A stretch of DNA of 64,000 bases from Felis catus. Its lineage: Eukaryota. How positions within the stretch are numbered: position 1 is the first letter of the stretch; each line of letters begins with the position of its first letter. Below, piece by piece: positions 49,407-61,745 of this stretch. The DNA is taken from NCBI RefSeq assembly GCF_018350175.1, contig NC_058368.1:107076001-107140000 (forward strand). The letters run 5' to 3'. A model generated the notes under the pieces. That model did not search any database. It saw only the letters and a program-made list of their open reading frames with translations, and was not told the origin of the DNA. The position numbers and the translations under genes are program-made.

Positions 49407-51142
49407 CAACTGCATTTAAATACTATGATGGATTTGTCACTCTTTTCTTTTTTCTTGATGTTGTTTTAATTATCTTTTCAGTTACTGATCTGCTATGAAA
49501 GACAAATAGTTGTAAAAGATGTTTTCATCACATTGAGGATTAATTAGACATGAAGGTTAAAATGGCATAGCAGACCTAGAATTTCTGCTTGGATTTTATT
49601 TAGTGGGCAGTGGGCACTGTCCATTAAAGGTTTTTGACGTAATAGAGGTGATTGGGAAGGATGCGCTGGTAGAAGGAGAATAGTGAAGAGATGTGTCGGA
49701 ATCTCAGTGTGGGGCATAGTGTAGGCGACCCTGGTGAAAGTCTGAATATAATTGGGTCTTTTTGGAGACACCTGTAACCATCGAGCCATGATAAAGGATG
49801 GGATAAAGCTTAATAGCCATGAAATTTGAAAGACACTGATACAAGCCAGATTGATGTAGGTTTTACTTTTTTACTGTTTTCTTTATGGTGATTTGAAGTC
49901 CTTTGAGAAAAAGGATAATGTTGGCAGTTTGTGTGTTTTCTGTTGCCGCGGTGCTGGTGTGTAGGCTCGAACGTGTAAGGTCTATGTTTAGGAAACGCCT
50001 GCCTCCAGATATTCTGAAGCTTACTGGCTGTACCACCTTTCCATTCCTGCTGCTTCTTTTTCCCCACTCTGAACATGAGATCCCCTTACAAGCTAGTCTG
50101 TCCATTGCCCCAGGCTTTCTTGAGTCATTAAAGTTCCAGCTGCTTCTCGGGTAGATGTTTTACTGTCTGCAGGCACTGGGTTGGGGGCAACTTTCTAATC
50201 CTGACAGTAATGGAAAGCATTGACAGAGAAAGTTATTTGACTAAACTGATCTCCTGAGAAGCCCTTATTATCCTGTTTTCTCCAATAAGAGAGTTTCACA
50301 AGCTTTTAAAAAGTCTTTTTTAAAGGAAATCTCAGTCCATATTCCTTTCTCTCGAACGATGTTTATAGCTTCCTTATTGTTGCCTTCAGACACATTGAGT
50401 GCTGATGCTCTGAAGTAAATTTTCTAAAATGTCCTATGAGCAGTCTTTCATTGTAGGATGTGAAGCTTAGTAAAACCTACCTTTGGAATACATTTAAAGA
50501 AAACATAATAAAGTATTAAGCCATGATATTCCATGGATTTAACATAGGAGCTCCAGAAAATAACAAAAACATTGCTTCCTTTTATGATTGCACTAGGGGA
50601 TGAGAAAATCAGCCCTGACCCTCTTTATGCACCTAGAGCAAGGAAACTTACTGGTGGGAGAGTGGGTTTGAAGGATGCATGATTCCTTTGTAGTAACTGC
50701 TGTGTTTCTTGTTAAGTGTCCTGTGTTTCTTGCCCAGTGCCTGGGCATCTTATGTGGGAATTATCCTTGGAGAGAATCAAAGTAGATTGCTTAGGTATAC
50801 ATTTAGATTCTTTAATTTGTAAAGGGGAAGAACATAATTTTGAATTTGTTTAAAAAATCATATTAACTGAGTGGAAATATAGTTAAAATCTTATTTGCCA
50901 AATAAATCTTTATGCTTCTTGCCCAGGTAGACGTCTCCTAGTGTTGTGACAACTATTCAGAAATATTAACTGCTTACCTTAAAAGTATCTATACTTCAAC
51001 AACTGTTTAATGTACTTAATGAATAAGTATGAAATGGTCCTAGTAGTTGAGATAATAAATACTTTTGCAGTACTCTTATTCTGGTTCAACCTGTCCTTTG
51101 AGTATTCTTCTTTAGCTTTGTGCCTTGGAATGAACATTTTCT

Positions 51143-51379
51143 TTTATTATTGTTGTTGTTATTTATTTTGAGAGTGAGAAAGAGAGAGCAAGCGGGGTGT
51201 GGGGGGAGCAGAGAGAGAGAGAGGAAGTCAGAGAGAAGAAGAGAGAGAATCCCAAGTAAGCTCTCTGCTGTTAACACAGAGCCCAACACGGGGCTCAGTC
51301 TCACAAACCTTGAGATCATGCACGACCTGAGCCAAAATCAAGAGTCGGGGGCTCAGCCGACTGAGCCACCCAGGTGCCC
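51143..51379 (-). mobile_element. CAN-SINE
   Basis: Full body; TSD tgaacattttctt / tgaatattttctt. Confidence 0.95.
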
Positions 51380-51699
51380 TGAATATTTTCTTGTTTAGAA
51401 AGATTGTGGGATGATTATATTTCTTGGAGTTTCCTTATTTATAAAATGATTTGATACCTTTAACTACTGGCCAACTTTATTGATCTTTTATGGGTCTATC
51501 CTAATATATCTTGTAGAATATGTATTTTTTAAAGTATTTGATGTTCTCATTTTCATAACTATTTTCATATCTGTTTGTTTGCAGAGTAATTACTCTTACA
51601 TTTACCATTGAACATGGCAATATTATTAGACCTTAACATACATTCTAGAACATCTTATTTTGCCCTTCTTTTCTTTTTTCCTCATGTGTTTTTTTAATC

Positions 51700-51955
51700 T
51701 ATGTGAATGGCAGCATCCACTACTCAGAAACCAGAAACCTGGACATTCTTTGCCTTCCAGTACTCGTTCATTCACCCCAAATTATTATCTGATCGATCTT
51801 CTTACTATCTTTTAATTATGTCACCTCCTTTCTGTTTTTATCTCCTCACTTGGCTCTCTTCCTCCTTACTGCACACGTGTACCTTTCCTTACCTGGATTA
51901 TTGCAGTTTCTACCCAATTCATCCTTGTCCAGTCTGGATGGTCCTTATACACACT
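51700..51955 (+). mobile_element. L2 fragment
   Basis: 'gtgaatggcagcatccac...cagaaacctgga', 'ttacctggattattgcag'. Confidence 0.65.
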
Positions 51956-52622
51956 TAACCCTTATTCTTTTTTCCTTGGTAGAAGTCATTTTGGTTTTTA
52001 CAACTGAAACTTTATAAAATGTTTTCATTTGATCTTTGTATGGGAAAGTTTTATACATTTTTAATTCAGCTAGGTTGCCTCAGTTTGGATGCCACCTAAA
52101 GTCCTGTGCAGCTTTCATATCACTGGTACACTGGTGAGGGAACATGTTATTCTTCACACAGTTCTGTGGCTTAGCGATTATATTGTTCCATCCAAGAAAT
52201 GGTAGTTTGTAGATATTTTAGATATACTTCAGAAAAATTTTAGGGATTTGGGTTGACTTACTACATATTATAATTCTTTCCACTTAAAATAATGGGAAAT
52301 AAGTTCCAATTAGCCTTTTGCCAAAGAACATCAGAACAGCTTATTTTCTTGGGTTAGCGATGTTCAGAATGAGATGCATATGTTTTCCTAACACTTGTCT
52401 TTAAAGATCTTAGTAAAACACAGATTTGACCTCCTACTTCCCAGATTAACCTTTTTCTGGTTCCTTTACATCCTTTTGATTCAGGTTCAAAGTCTACCTT
52501 GCTTGCAAAAGCCTTCTCTACCTCCCCATGACTTTTCACACTGCCCTTCTGGTAGTATTTCTCTACCTATAACTACTTGTATCTGAATCACCTGAAATGC
52601 ACATTAAAAATATCACTTCCCA

Positions 52623-52843
52623 GGGCCGCCTGGGTCGCTCACTTTGTTAATGTCCGACACTCGGTTGCAGCCCAGGCCATGATCTCACGGTCTTGGGATC
52701 AAGCCCCACATTGGGCTGTGTGGACAATGTGGGAAGCCCTACATTGGGCTGTGTGGACAATGCGGGGCTCCTTGGGATTCTCTCTCTCTCCCTCTCTCTC
52801 TGCTCCCGCCCCCTCAAGATCAATAAATAAACTTAAAAAAAAA
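52623..52843 (+). mobile_element. CAN-SINE with 33-bp internal tandem duplication, inside a MER5-like relic
   Basis: SINE body; flanks 'gaatcacctg' and 'cctaggaatctctgc' are MER5-like. Confidence 0.92.
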
Positions 52844-53805
52844 ATGAGTCCCCAGACTGTTTCCCAGGCAGACAGAAGTGCAAATTCTGGGAGAGAGCCT
52901 AGGAATCTCTGCCTTTCCCCTAAGCTCATAAACATGGTATCTGCTGACCTTCACTTAAGCAGTAACTTGTTTGGGCCTGTGAAGTGTCTGTGTCACTCCC
53001 CTGGGAAGCTTGTCACCTCTTCCCCTGTCCCCTCCTTAGAATGTTGTCAGGATGTTTCAAGTCTTCAAGATGCTTGTCTTTGTCTTTATGTAGACCTTTA
53101 CCTAACTCCCCTCTATACCATAGTGTTTTCAGTCATTACCATGTTTTTTCTTCTCAGCTCTATTGTAGACTCTTGAGTGAAGGAGCCATGTTTCAGGATC
53201 ATATCCCCAGAATTTGATGTGCAGCAAATGTCTATGCATAAGTGCCTGACAGATAGGTGAATGCAAGTCTGTCTGACAAAGTAGTAAGCTTTGGAGTCAG
53301 GACCTCTGTTTACTTGTCTTATTGACTATATTTATGTAACATCTGCTGTCACCTTTTCTCTATTACATGCTTAGGAGGATGGGTTTACTTAAAAGAATCT
53401 TGTCCTGATTCATAACTCCAGTACGTATGTATTAGCATTATCTGCATAATCTTAGCTAAGGGGTATGACTAAGTGCTACACTAAGAAATTCTTGGTCTCT
53501 ATGCCTACACTTGTGGCTGTAATGCCGTCCTTACTACCACCACCAATAATTTCCCCCCAATACTAGTAATACTTAACTAGAAATATTGAAATTTTTATTG
53601 CTATTATTTTCAATCATAATTGAATTCTTATTCTGACTCCATCAATGCAAAATGATTTTTTTCTACATCTCCTGCTAACTATGGAGAGAATAAATGAAAA
53701 AAATGCTTTCTTCTCAGTTTCCATGGTAATGAAGACTTCTATGTGTTTAACTAGGAAAGGATGCTAGCAGAACTCTCTCTCTTATCCCCTTCTGTCTCTC
53801 ACACG

Positions 53806-53808
<3 letters not shown>

Positions 53809-53849
<41 letters not shown>
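53809..53849. repeat. (CA)n microsatellite
   Basis: About 20 perfect units. Confidence 0.98.
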
Positions 53850-53851
<2 letters not shown>

Positions 53852-54802
53852 AAATTTATTATTTCTTTCTGCTTCAGTTCATTTTTCTTACCTAGTGCTA
53901 TTTCCCTGATCATAAATAGGTAAACACTATCTAAGTTTATGTATATGATACACATTTAGAAAATGAGAAAGAAGCAAATGTGTGACATTTTCAAAATCTA
54001 TTGTACCTCTCAGGGTTATGAAGACTTCTCTAATTACTGGGATTTCACTAAAATTAGGAAGTAGATCATTTTTATCCCTATTGTTTACTTACTGTCTTGC
54101 CAGTATACACTTTATGTCATTGGAAGGGTCTGAATAACTGGACAGACACATGGAACACAGAGGTAATTAACTGCATTATTCTTTATTGGTACAAATGAAT
54201 GAGATCATTTGTTGGAAAGGTAGATTAAATTTCTTCTGTCCTCTGAAATGCTGAATTTACTTTCTGGAACTACCCTACCCCCGTATCCCTCAATGGGGGC
54301 TGAATGGATTTGACAACTTGATTTATAGTGTTAAGGTAGAAAATAATTTAATTCTGTATGTGAAATTACTAAATGCCTATTTCCATCTATACCAGTTTGT
54401 TATTTTCAATAATTTAACTTTATCATAGCGTTATTCACTTTGATCTTCATGTGTTTGAGAGCCACATCATTATGCTGTATATTTATATTCTTTATCTACA
54501 AACATTAGTATTGTCTACATAATCTTAGTAAGTGGTCATAACTATCAACTGTGCTAAGTAATTCTTTGGGGCTTTATGTGTACACTTGTGTTTGAATTGC
54601 TGCTGTTAAGAGCACCACTAATAGTAATATAGTGACTTATATGTATGTTTGTGTATGATCGTAGCAAAGGTGAAAATACAGGAGTCTTTGAAAGCAGTGT
54701 TAACTCTACTGTGTATTCTGTCTGTCGTTGACATTTTGCCTTACTTGTGTTCTCTTTTTAGTCAAGTATAATGTGTAATTTATTTTTTAAAATGCATTTT
54801 TA

Positions 54803-55026
54803 GGGGTGCCTGGGTGGTGCAGTTGGTTAAGCGTCCGACTTCAGCCAGGTCACGATCTCGCAGTCCGTGAGTTCGAGCCCTGCGTCGGGCTCTGGGCTGA
54901 TGGCTCAGAGCCTGCAGCCTGTTTCCGATTCTGTGTCTCCCTCTCTCTCTGCCCCTCCCCCATTCATGCTCTGTCTCTCTCTGTCCCAAAAATAAATAAA
55001 CGCTGAAAAAAAAATTAAAAAAAAAA
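54803..55026 (+). mobile_element. Felid CAN-SINE (SINEC_Fc-like)
   Basis: Full body; TSD taaaatgcatttt. Confidence 0.97.
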
Positions 55027-55335
55027 TAAAATGCATTTTGAACAGGAAATGAAGTGATAAACTTAATTAATATGATTCTCTGTATAGAATTTAATCATTT
55101 TATATTCAGTGCATAGTCTTAAGTTCAGAGGGGCCTTCAATGAAATCACTTTATTTAAGTATTGCTTCCTATCTTATATTTATTTTAGAATGTATGTAAA
55201 AATGAATGATAACTATATTACATAGAACATAAGCAGAAAGCATTGTTTTCGGTTTTGCAGAAAGATCCTATGAAACTTCCAAGAAACGTGAAATTTAATT
55301 CACTTGTAATTTAAAGTGTAAATATATGTCCTATG

Positions 55336-55527
55336 GGGGTGCCTACGTGGCTCAGTTGGTTAAGCATCCAACTGTTGGTTTCGGCTCAGGTCATGATCTT
55401 GTGGTTTTGTGAGTTTGAGCCCCACACTGGGCTCCAAGCTGACAGCGCAGAGCCTGCTTGGGATTCTGTTTCCCTCGCTCTCTGCTCCTCCCCCACTTGC
55501 ACTGTCTCTGTCTCTCTCAAAATGAAT
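55336..55527 (+). mobile_element. CAN-SINE whose tail is replaced by (TA)n and a palindrome
   Basis: Full body; left TSD aatatatgtcctat. Confidence 0.95.
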
Positions 55528-55541
55528 ATATATATATATAT

Positions 55542-55583
<42 letters not shown>

Positions 55584-55646
55584 CCTTCCCTTATATACAA
55601 CTATAGGATATATATATAGGATATCCTATATATCCTATATATAAGG

Positions 55647-55738
55647 AAATTATCCTTTCCTTATATACAACTATAGGATATATATATAGGATATCCTATG
55701 TATATATCCTATAGTTGTATATAAGGAAAGGATAATTT
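55647..55738. repeat. 92-bp near-perfect AT-rich palindrome
   Basis: 46-bp arms, no spacer, one mismatch. Confidence 0.96.
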
Positions 55739-57452
55739 TGAAGTCAAATAATGATTGACTTACAAAATTGAGATATTGGGAACCATAAACAATGACTAGA
55801 ATGTTCCTGGATATTCCTGGAGAGGACCTCTCAAAAATTCTTGAAAGACTTCACAGTACCTTCTAGAATGCTCCAGGTTAGAGTGATTTCTGTGATACAT
55901 ACTCTTAGATAATGTGACCCTCAACAACCCTTTTAGAAATGGGAAAGTTTCTGCATATCAATTGCATACTCTTTGAGTTTTTGTTTTGTTTTTAAAAATT
56001 TTTTTCCCTAGCCATTGCAGAAAAAATGAGGTTGTAGGGGTTACTGACGCTAGTGGACCCAACTGTAGGGAATTTCATAAATAATAAGAGGGTTTTTAGC
56101 ACACATTTCTTCTACAGACATTAGACAAGGCAGAAGGGATCATAATCTGGTCTATGATTCTGATTATGCTGTATAATAACTTCTCTACCAATTTGCCTTA
56201 TGATAACTATTGTGAAGCTAAATATAATGTAATAGCAATAATATAGGCAATATATAGTGGAAACTAAATTTTGAAAATGAATAAAGAGCGTTTCTGAGAA
56301 TTTCATTAACTGTTTAAAACCAGTGTGTTTAACATTCTACAAAGGAGAAGATCCTGACCAAGGTTAAGTGAGAATTAATCATTGTGCCTTATGCCTTCAG
56401 ATTGCACATGTTTAGTAAAATGTATGTAAGCAATGAATAAAAGACAATGAGGTCAGAAACCATGATTACAAGCTATTAAAGACCGTCTTGGGAACAGTGT
56501 TGTAAAAATTAACACCCAGGCCTTAACATAATACTTACAACTTTTTTCTCTGTTTTTGGTTTCCTGTGTTAATAAAGTATGCAGAGAGGGCAAATGAGTC
56601 AGGCACTTTAAACGAACATAGCAGGAAATAGTTCTCTAAATCTGCCGCATTAAATTGCATATTACTTAAAAAAAACAGCAAAGCCTTTTTTTTTTAAACA
56701 AAATAGCTCTTTGAAGAGAAATGCAATTTGTATAGCATGAATTACTATAATGATGCATAGTATCACATTTTCCTAATACCAGGTATTGTAAGTGCCTGTC
56801 AAGGTTTTTGAACAGTTTATTCTGTATGAAATATGTAACCAGTATAGATGCATTTTCTGGGTCCTACTTATACCTCCTCTCTACTGATCCAGCACCATCC
56901 CTGTCCTTCAGTGTGATACACAGCCAACTGATACTAAAAACTGCTCTTGACCATTTGGGGCTCTCTCCTTGCCTGTCTGCTAATTGTGTCGCTGTGGAAC
57001 CTCCACCCCTGGGAGAAAGCTAAATTTTTTCCTCAATAGGAATAAAATACGTTCAGCTTCCCCCCCGCCCCGCCGCCCTAACTTTTCTTGTAGAGATAAA
57101 ATCCAATTTGAATGAATGTGATAAGATTTCAAAATAACAATAGGTCATGTAAATCTTTTAAATGTGAAAGCCCATGGCAGAGGTCTGTATTTTATTGAAT
57201 CTTTACTTTGTTAATACGAAACACAAAACAAAAAAACCCCAAAAACCAAAAAAACAGAAAAAACAAAAAACAAAACAAAACAAAAACCTCGAGGGCTTTG
57301 AATTTACAAGTGGTTAGTTTGGGGAGGGTTTATTTGTAGGACAGAAATAATATACAGATCATTAAGCCGGCTTCCTGCCTCATGCAGTGGTCTCAGAGAA
57401 GAATCTAGTCTCTGTTATAACCTCAGTTAAGGGTACATTATAAGATAGTTTT

Positions 57453-57505
57453 TTTTTTTTTAATGCTTATTTATTTTTGAGAGAGGGAGACCAGGCATCA
57501 CACAA
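57453..57505 (-). mobile_element. CAN-SINE remnant (tail plus a few head bases)
   Basis: TSD tataagatagtttt / tataaggtagtttt. Confidence 0.8.
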
Positions 57506-57904
57506 TATAAGGTAGTTTTAATCAAGTAACATTTCACGTAATGCGTTTTTGCTGACTTCTTATTGACACGATGGGGAGCTAATTTTCTTCTACATACCTA
57601 GAGAAGTGACAAGAGATTAGAAGTTCTTTGTAACCATGGATAGCATGAAAAAGAAATTAGACAAAACACTGAGGCAGCATCCATGAAAAATCTGAAGCTT
57701 GAGGTAGGCATATTGTGACTGGTCACTACCAATGCTTTGTTAATTACTATGTATAAGCTCTAGTGAATAATAGGAGAATTCAAAAGGTAACTGATATTAC
57801 TGAGCCCAGAAGTAACCCTCCAACCCCAGCTGCAATCCTCACTGCCAAAAGAAATGGAAGAGACTTTGGTGGGAATTAACTGGGCAAGTAGTGATGTTGA
57901 CAGA

Positions 57905-58100
57905 TATTAAAAAGTGTTTTACAGAGTTCCAACAGCTGTTCCCATTTACTATCTAATTTAATCCTTTGAAAAACAGCACAAAATAGGCTGGACAGCTATT
58001 ATTTTAATTGAAGTTTTACAAATAAGTTATCTGAGTTTCAGAGTTGCCCAGGATCAAAACTGAGAGTAGTGGCATTGGGACTGAATTCTGTTTTATGACT
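57905..58100 (-). mobile_element. MIR fragment
   Basis: 'atctaatttaatcctt', 'ttttacaaataag', 'ttgcccaggatca', 'ggcattgggactgaa'. Confidence 0.65.
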
Positions 58101-59762
58101 CTACAGTAATCATTAATTGATTGAGCAAATGTTTGATGAATGATTAATTTATGGTTTGGAGCAGGTCATGCCTTGAACACTAAAGCAAAGAGTTCTTCCC
58201 TTGAGAAGTACTTTGACAAACATTACATTTTCTTCACCGTGTAATACTAATTTCCAGTGTTATTTAGGGACCTTTATGGGTTAGTGCTCTAAGCATTTTT
58301 CTGGTTGGCCAGCCTCTTGACTTGACTTTGCATGAGAACAAATAATAAGAGCATTCTAACTTGGATTTATTAGGGGCATCAATGAAATCCTTTGTAAAGA
58401 AGTAACCTTTAGGTTGAGAACTGGTGAAATTAGCCATGTGGAAAATGTAGTGAAGGGTGTTATAGACAAAAGAAAAAAACGCATGACAGGCACATTGCCA
58501 GCACCCGCCTAGGAAGGTGGCCACTGTGGACAGAGTGAAGGGGCGGGGGGGCGGGGGTTGTGGAGGGGGTGCGCGGGGAATCAGATAAACTGGAGGGAGA
58601 GCGAACATAAGCCAAATCGTGCAGGCCCTTATTGGGTTACAGAAAGATTTTCTTTTAGTAAAAGAAGGTGCTGCATTATTTAGAGGAGAAAAGTGATATC
58701 ATCTAATTTATAGTTAAATAGATCGTTTAGGCCACCATGTTGAAAATGGACTGAAGGGCCAAGAAAGAAGCAGAAATAGATCCCTTTGACTAATTTCGGT
58801 AGCACCTTGTAGGCATCCAGGTGAGAGATGATGGTGTGCCTGAGGCACTGAATAATGAAGGAGAAAAGTGAATGGATGTGAAGGAAATCTTATGGGGACT
58901 TGTTGCCTCAAACCAAGTAGGGCCACTGTTCATCGTTTTTGATCGTGTTTGATCTCTGATCACTGCAACCTGAGATCTTCTTTTTTGAAATTTCTACATT
59001 ACCATGGATTCCTTAGCAGTTTGGTATGGCATTCATACATAGGAATTACTGTTTTCCCATAGTATGTCCTCTTAATTACCAGTCCAACATTTTGAAAAAC
59101 ATCGCATCTTATTTGGAAAAGTATTAAAATGTGAGTTATGAACTGATTAAAATATAAACTGCTTTCGCTATAATTAAATACTATACTAAAGGAAGATAAT
59201 CATTTTTTAAATAAATTGACTGCCTGCTGAAAACATGGGTAAGCAAGATTTTGTTCAATAGAATTCATTACTTCACATCAGCAAAAAAATGTTACTGTGG
59301 ACTGTCAGATGGGATCTGTAAATAGCAGTGATATATTATAGTGATATTGATGTAAGTGGATTTATGCCTTGTAATTTCTGAACCTAATTTGCCAATTTGC
59401 ATTCTCACAGGAAAATCCTGTTTAATAACCGTAGTCCAGAACCAATGCTCTGAAAATGGGGTTTTGCTGTGCTTCAAATTGTATGTAAATTGTTGGCATT
59501 TTATATTCAGTTGTGTGTTAAAATTAAGTTATTATAAACAAATTACAATAAAAGTTTGCCTTCCTTATGGAAGTTTGGCAGATTAGTCTAGTTAAATTTT
59601 AATTAAATGGCAATATATAGTGAACCACAATACTTATAACATTTATTCTAGCATTTAAAAAATACTGGCTAGTTCACTTTTGTATAATTTGTGAGAAGAA
59701 AATATTTTCCCCAAGAACTTTGTGCGTGTGCAGGCATGTGTGTGTAAATCTAATTTAAAATA

Positions 59763-59966
59763 GGGGCGCCTGGGTGGCGCCGTCGGTTAAGCGTCCGACT
59801 TCAGCCAGGTCACAATCTCGCGGTCTGTGAGTTCGAGCCCCGCGTCGGGCTCTGGGCTGATGGCTCAGAGCCTGGAGCCTGTTTCCGATTCTGTGTCTCT
59901 CTGCCTCTCGCCCGTTCATGCTCTGTCTCTCTCTGTCCCAAAAATAAATAAACGTTGAAAAAAAAA
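59763..59966 (+). mobile_element. Young felid CAN-SINE (SINEC_Fc-like)
   Basis: CpG-intact body with shortened CT region. Confidence 0.97.
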
Positions 59967-60470
59967 TTTTTAAATAATGGGCATTGGGGTGTTTGGTGCC
60001 CTCTTTTCCTGCATTAATGGCCGTCATTATTGAGGGGATGCTATCTCATGTGACTTACCTGACAGCCCCTTAGGACTGTGACTAAATATGTGCCCCAAGA
60101 CATCATGGGAAATTCAGCCTCTTGGGTTCTCTAGCTCCTTGCTCCTTTTTGGGACAAGGTGAAGGAATTTTACCCTGGCATTTAGAAGATCTGCTTTGGC
60201 ATTGAACTTAGCAAATTTCATATTAGTCTAACGAATCTACATCACATAAAGGATCTAGTCTTCCATTGGATACCCAGAAAAGTTAAAGCCCTAGTCAAAT
60301 TTATTAAAGGAAACTATAGTTAGGAAGGAGAGTAGCCATCACTGTGCTGGCTGTTAGCTGGTTATTAAAATGTGTGTGACCCTGGGAAAACTGAAAAATG
60401 TCATAAGGGAATTACTGTACAGATGAAATTAAATAAGAGGCAGCAACACATTAGATATTTAATAGTTTTT

Positions 60471-60625
60471 TAAATTTTTTTTTCAACATTTATTTATTTT
60501 TTTGGGAGAGAGAGAGACAGAGCATGAACGGGGGAGGGGCAGAGAGAGAGGGAGACACAGAATCGGAAACAGGCTCCAGGTTCCGAGCCGTCAGCCCAGA
60601 GCCTGACGCGGGGCTCGAACTCACG
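60471..60625 (-). mobile_element. 5'-truncated young felid CAN-SINE
   Basis: Perfect 18-bp TSD agatatttaatagttttt at 60453-60470 and 60626-60643; A-box missing. Confidence 0.96.
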
Positions 60626-60777
60626 AGATATTTAATAGTTTTTGATAATTATGAGCAACTATTATTATTATTATTATTAATTATTATGTGAAGCATCCAC
60701 CATGTTGCCTCATACATAATAGCTGCTTAATAATGATTTGGGTTGAAATGAAATCCAATTTAAATTGCTGTAGTGAA

Positions 60778-61000
60778 GGGGTGCCTGGGTGGCGCCGTCG
60801 GTTAAGCGTCCGACTTCAACCAGGTCAAGATCTCACGGTCCGTGAGTTCGAGCCCCGCGTCGGGCTCTGGGCTGACGGCTCAGAGCCTGGAGCCTGCTTC
60901 TGACTCTGTGTCTCCCTCTCTCTCTGCCTCTCCCCCGTTCATGCTCTGTCTCTCTCTGTCTCAAAAGTAAATAAACGTTAAAAAAAAAAATAAAAAAAAA
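60778..61000 (+). mobile_element. Young felid CAN-SINE
   Basis: Perfect 17-bp TSD taaattgctgtagtgaa. Confidence 0.97.
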
Positions 61001-61109
61001 TAAATTGCTGTAGTGAAAATGAGAACTTACTGTCTCACATTGCTACGAAGTCCAGGAGTATTCCTGGTTTCCGGTTCATCCAGAGAGGATGGTAGGAAAA
61101 TTTAGTCAA

Positions 61110-61112
61110 CCT

Positions 61113-61154
<42 letters not shown>

Positions 61155-61745
61155 TCCCTCCCTCCTTCTCTCCCTCCCCTCCTCCCCCCTTTCTTCCCCC
61201 TCCCCCATTTCTCTCTGGAAGGGGTGCCAGGTCAGGCCCCTAACAGGCAAATGATCCAATGCCAGGCAAGTAGTGGAGGGCTGGGCCCAGGACAGAAGCC
61301 TGGTCAGGGAGGCCAGGATGGGGGCTCCACACACCCCAGCATGGGGACCCTTGGATCCCCCTCCCTGGGGCTACTGCAGTCCTCCCTCCTTCCCTTCCTC
61401 CCCCTCTCTTCCTCACTGTCTCTCTTACTTTCTGTTTTCACTTCTACTTCTATCTTTGCCTCTCTGTTTCCTTCTGTTTGTCTTCTGTCCCTCTCTAAAT
61501 TGTCTCTCTTCATCTTTTCTCTCATTGTCCCTTTCTTCCTGCTTCTATCTCTCCACCTCTCTTTCTCTCTTCTCTCTACCTCTCTGCATCAATCTCTTTT
61601 TTCTCTTTCCTCTTGCCTTCCTTCTCCCGCCCCACCCTGCCCTGTGTCTCTTCTCTTTCCCTCCTTCTCTCTCTCTGTCTGGGTCAGTCCCTTTGGCTTT
61701 AGCTTTTCACCTGTTCTCTTTCTCTCCCTGCTTCTTTCCTTTGTG
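61110..61745. repeat. CT-rich low-complexity block with a GC-rich unique core
   Basis: (CT)n and C/T-rich tracts flank 61217-61380. Confidence 0.85.

Noticed and set aside
50700..50741. 21-bp imperfect tandem duplication
   Set aside because: Real but short, diverged and commonplace
52577..53176. 199-aa ORF with an internal repeat
   Set aside because: Runs through MER5-like and SINE sequence, has a non-ATG start, and the repeat is the 33-bp SINE duplication
56595..56602. AP-1 motif tgagtca as an enhancer call
   Set aside because: A 7-mer is expected several times by chance in 64 kb and cannot support a regulatory call alone
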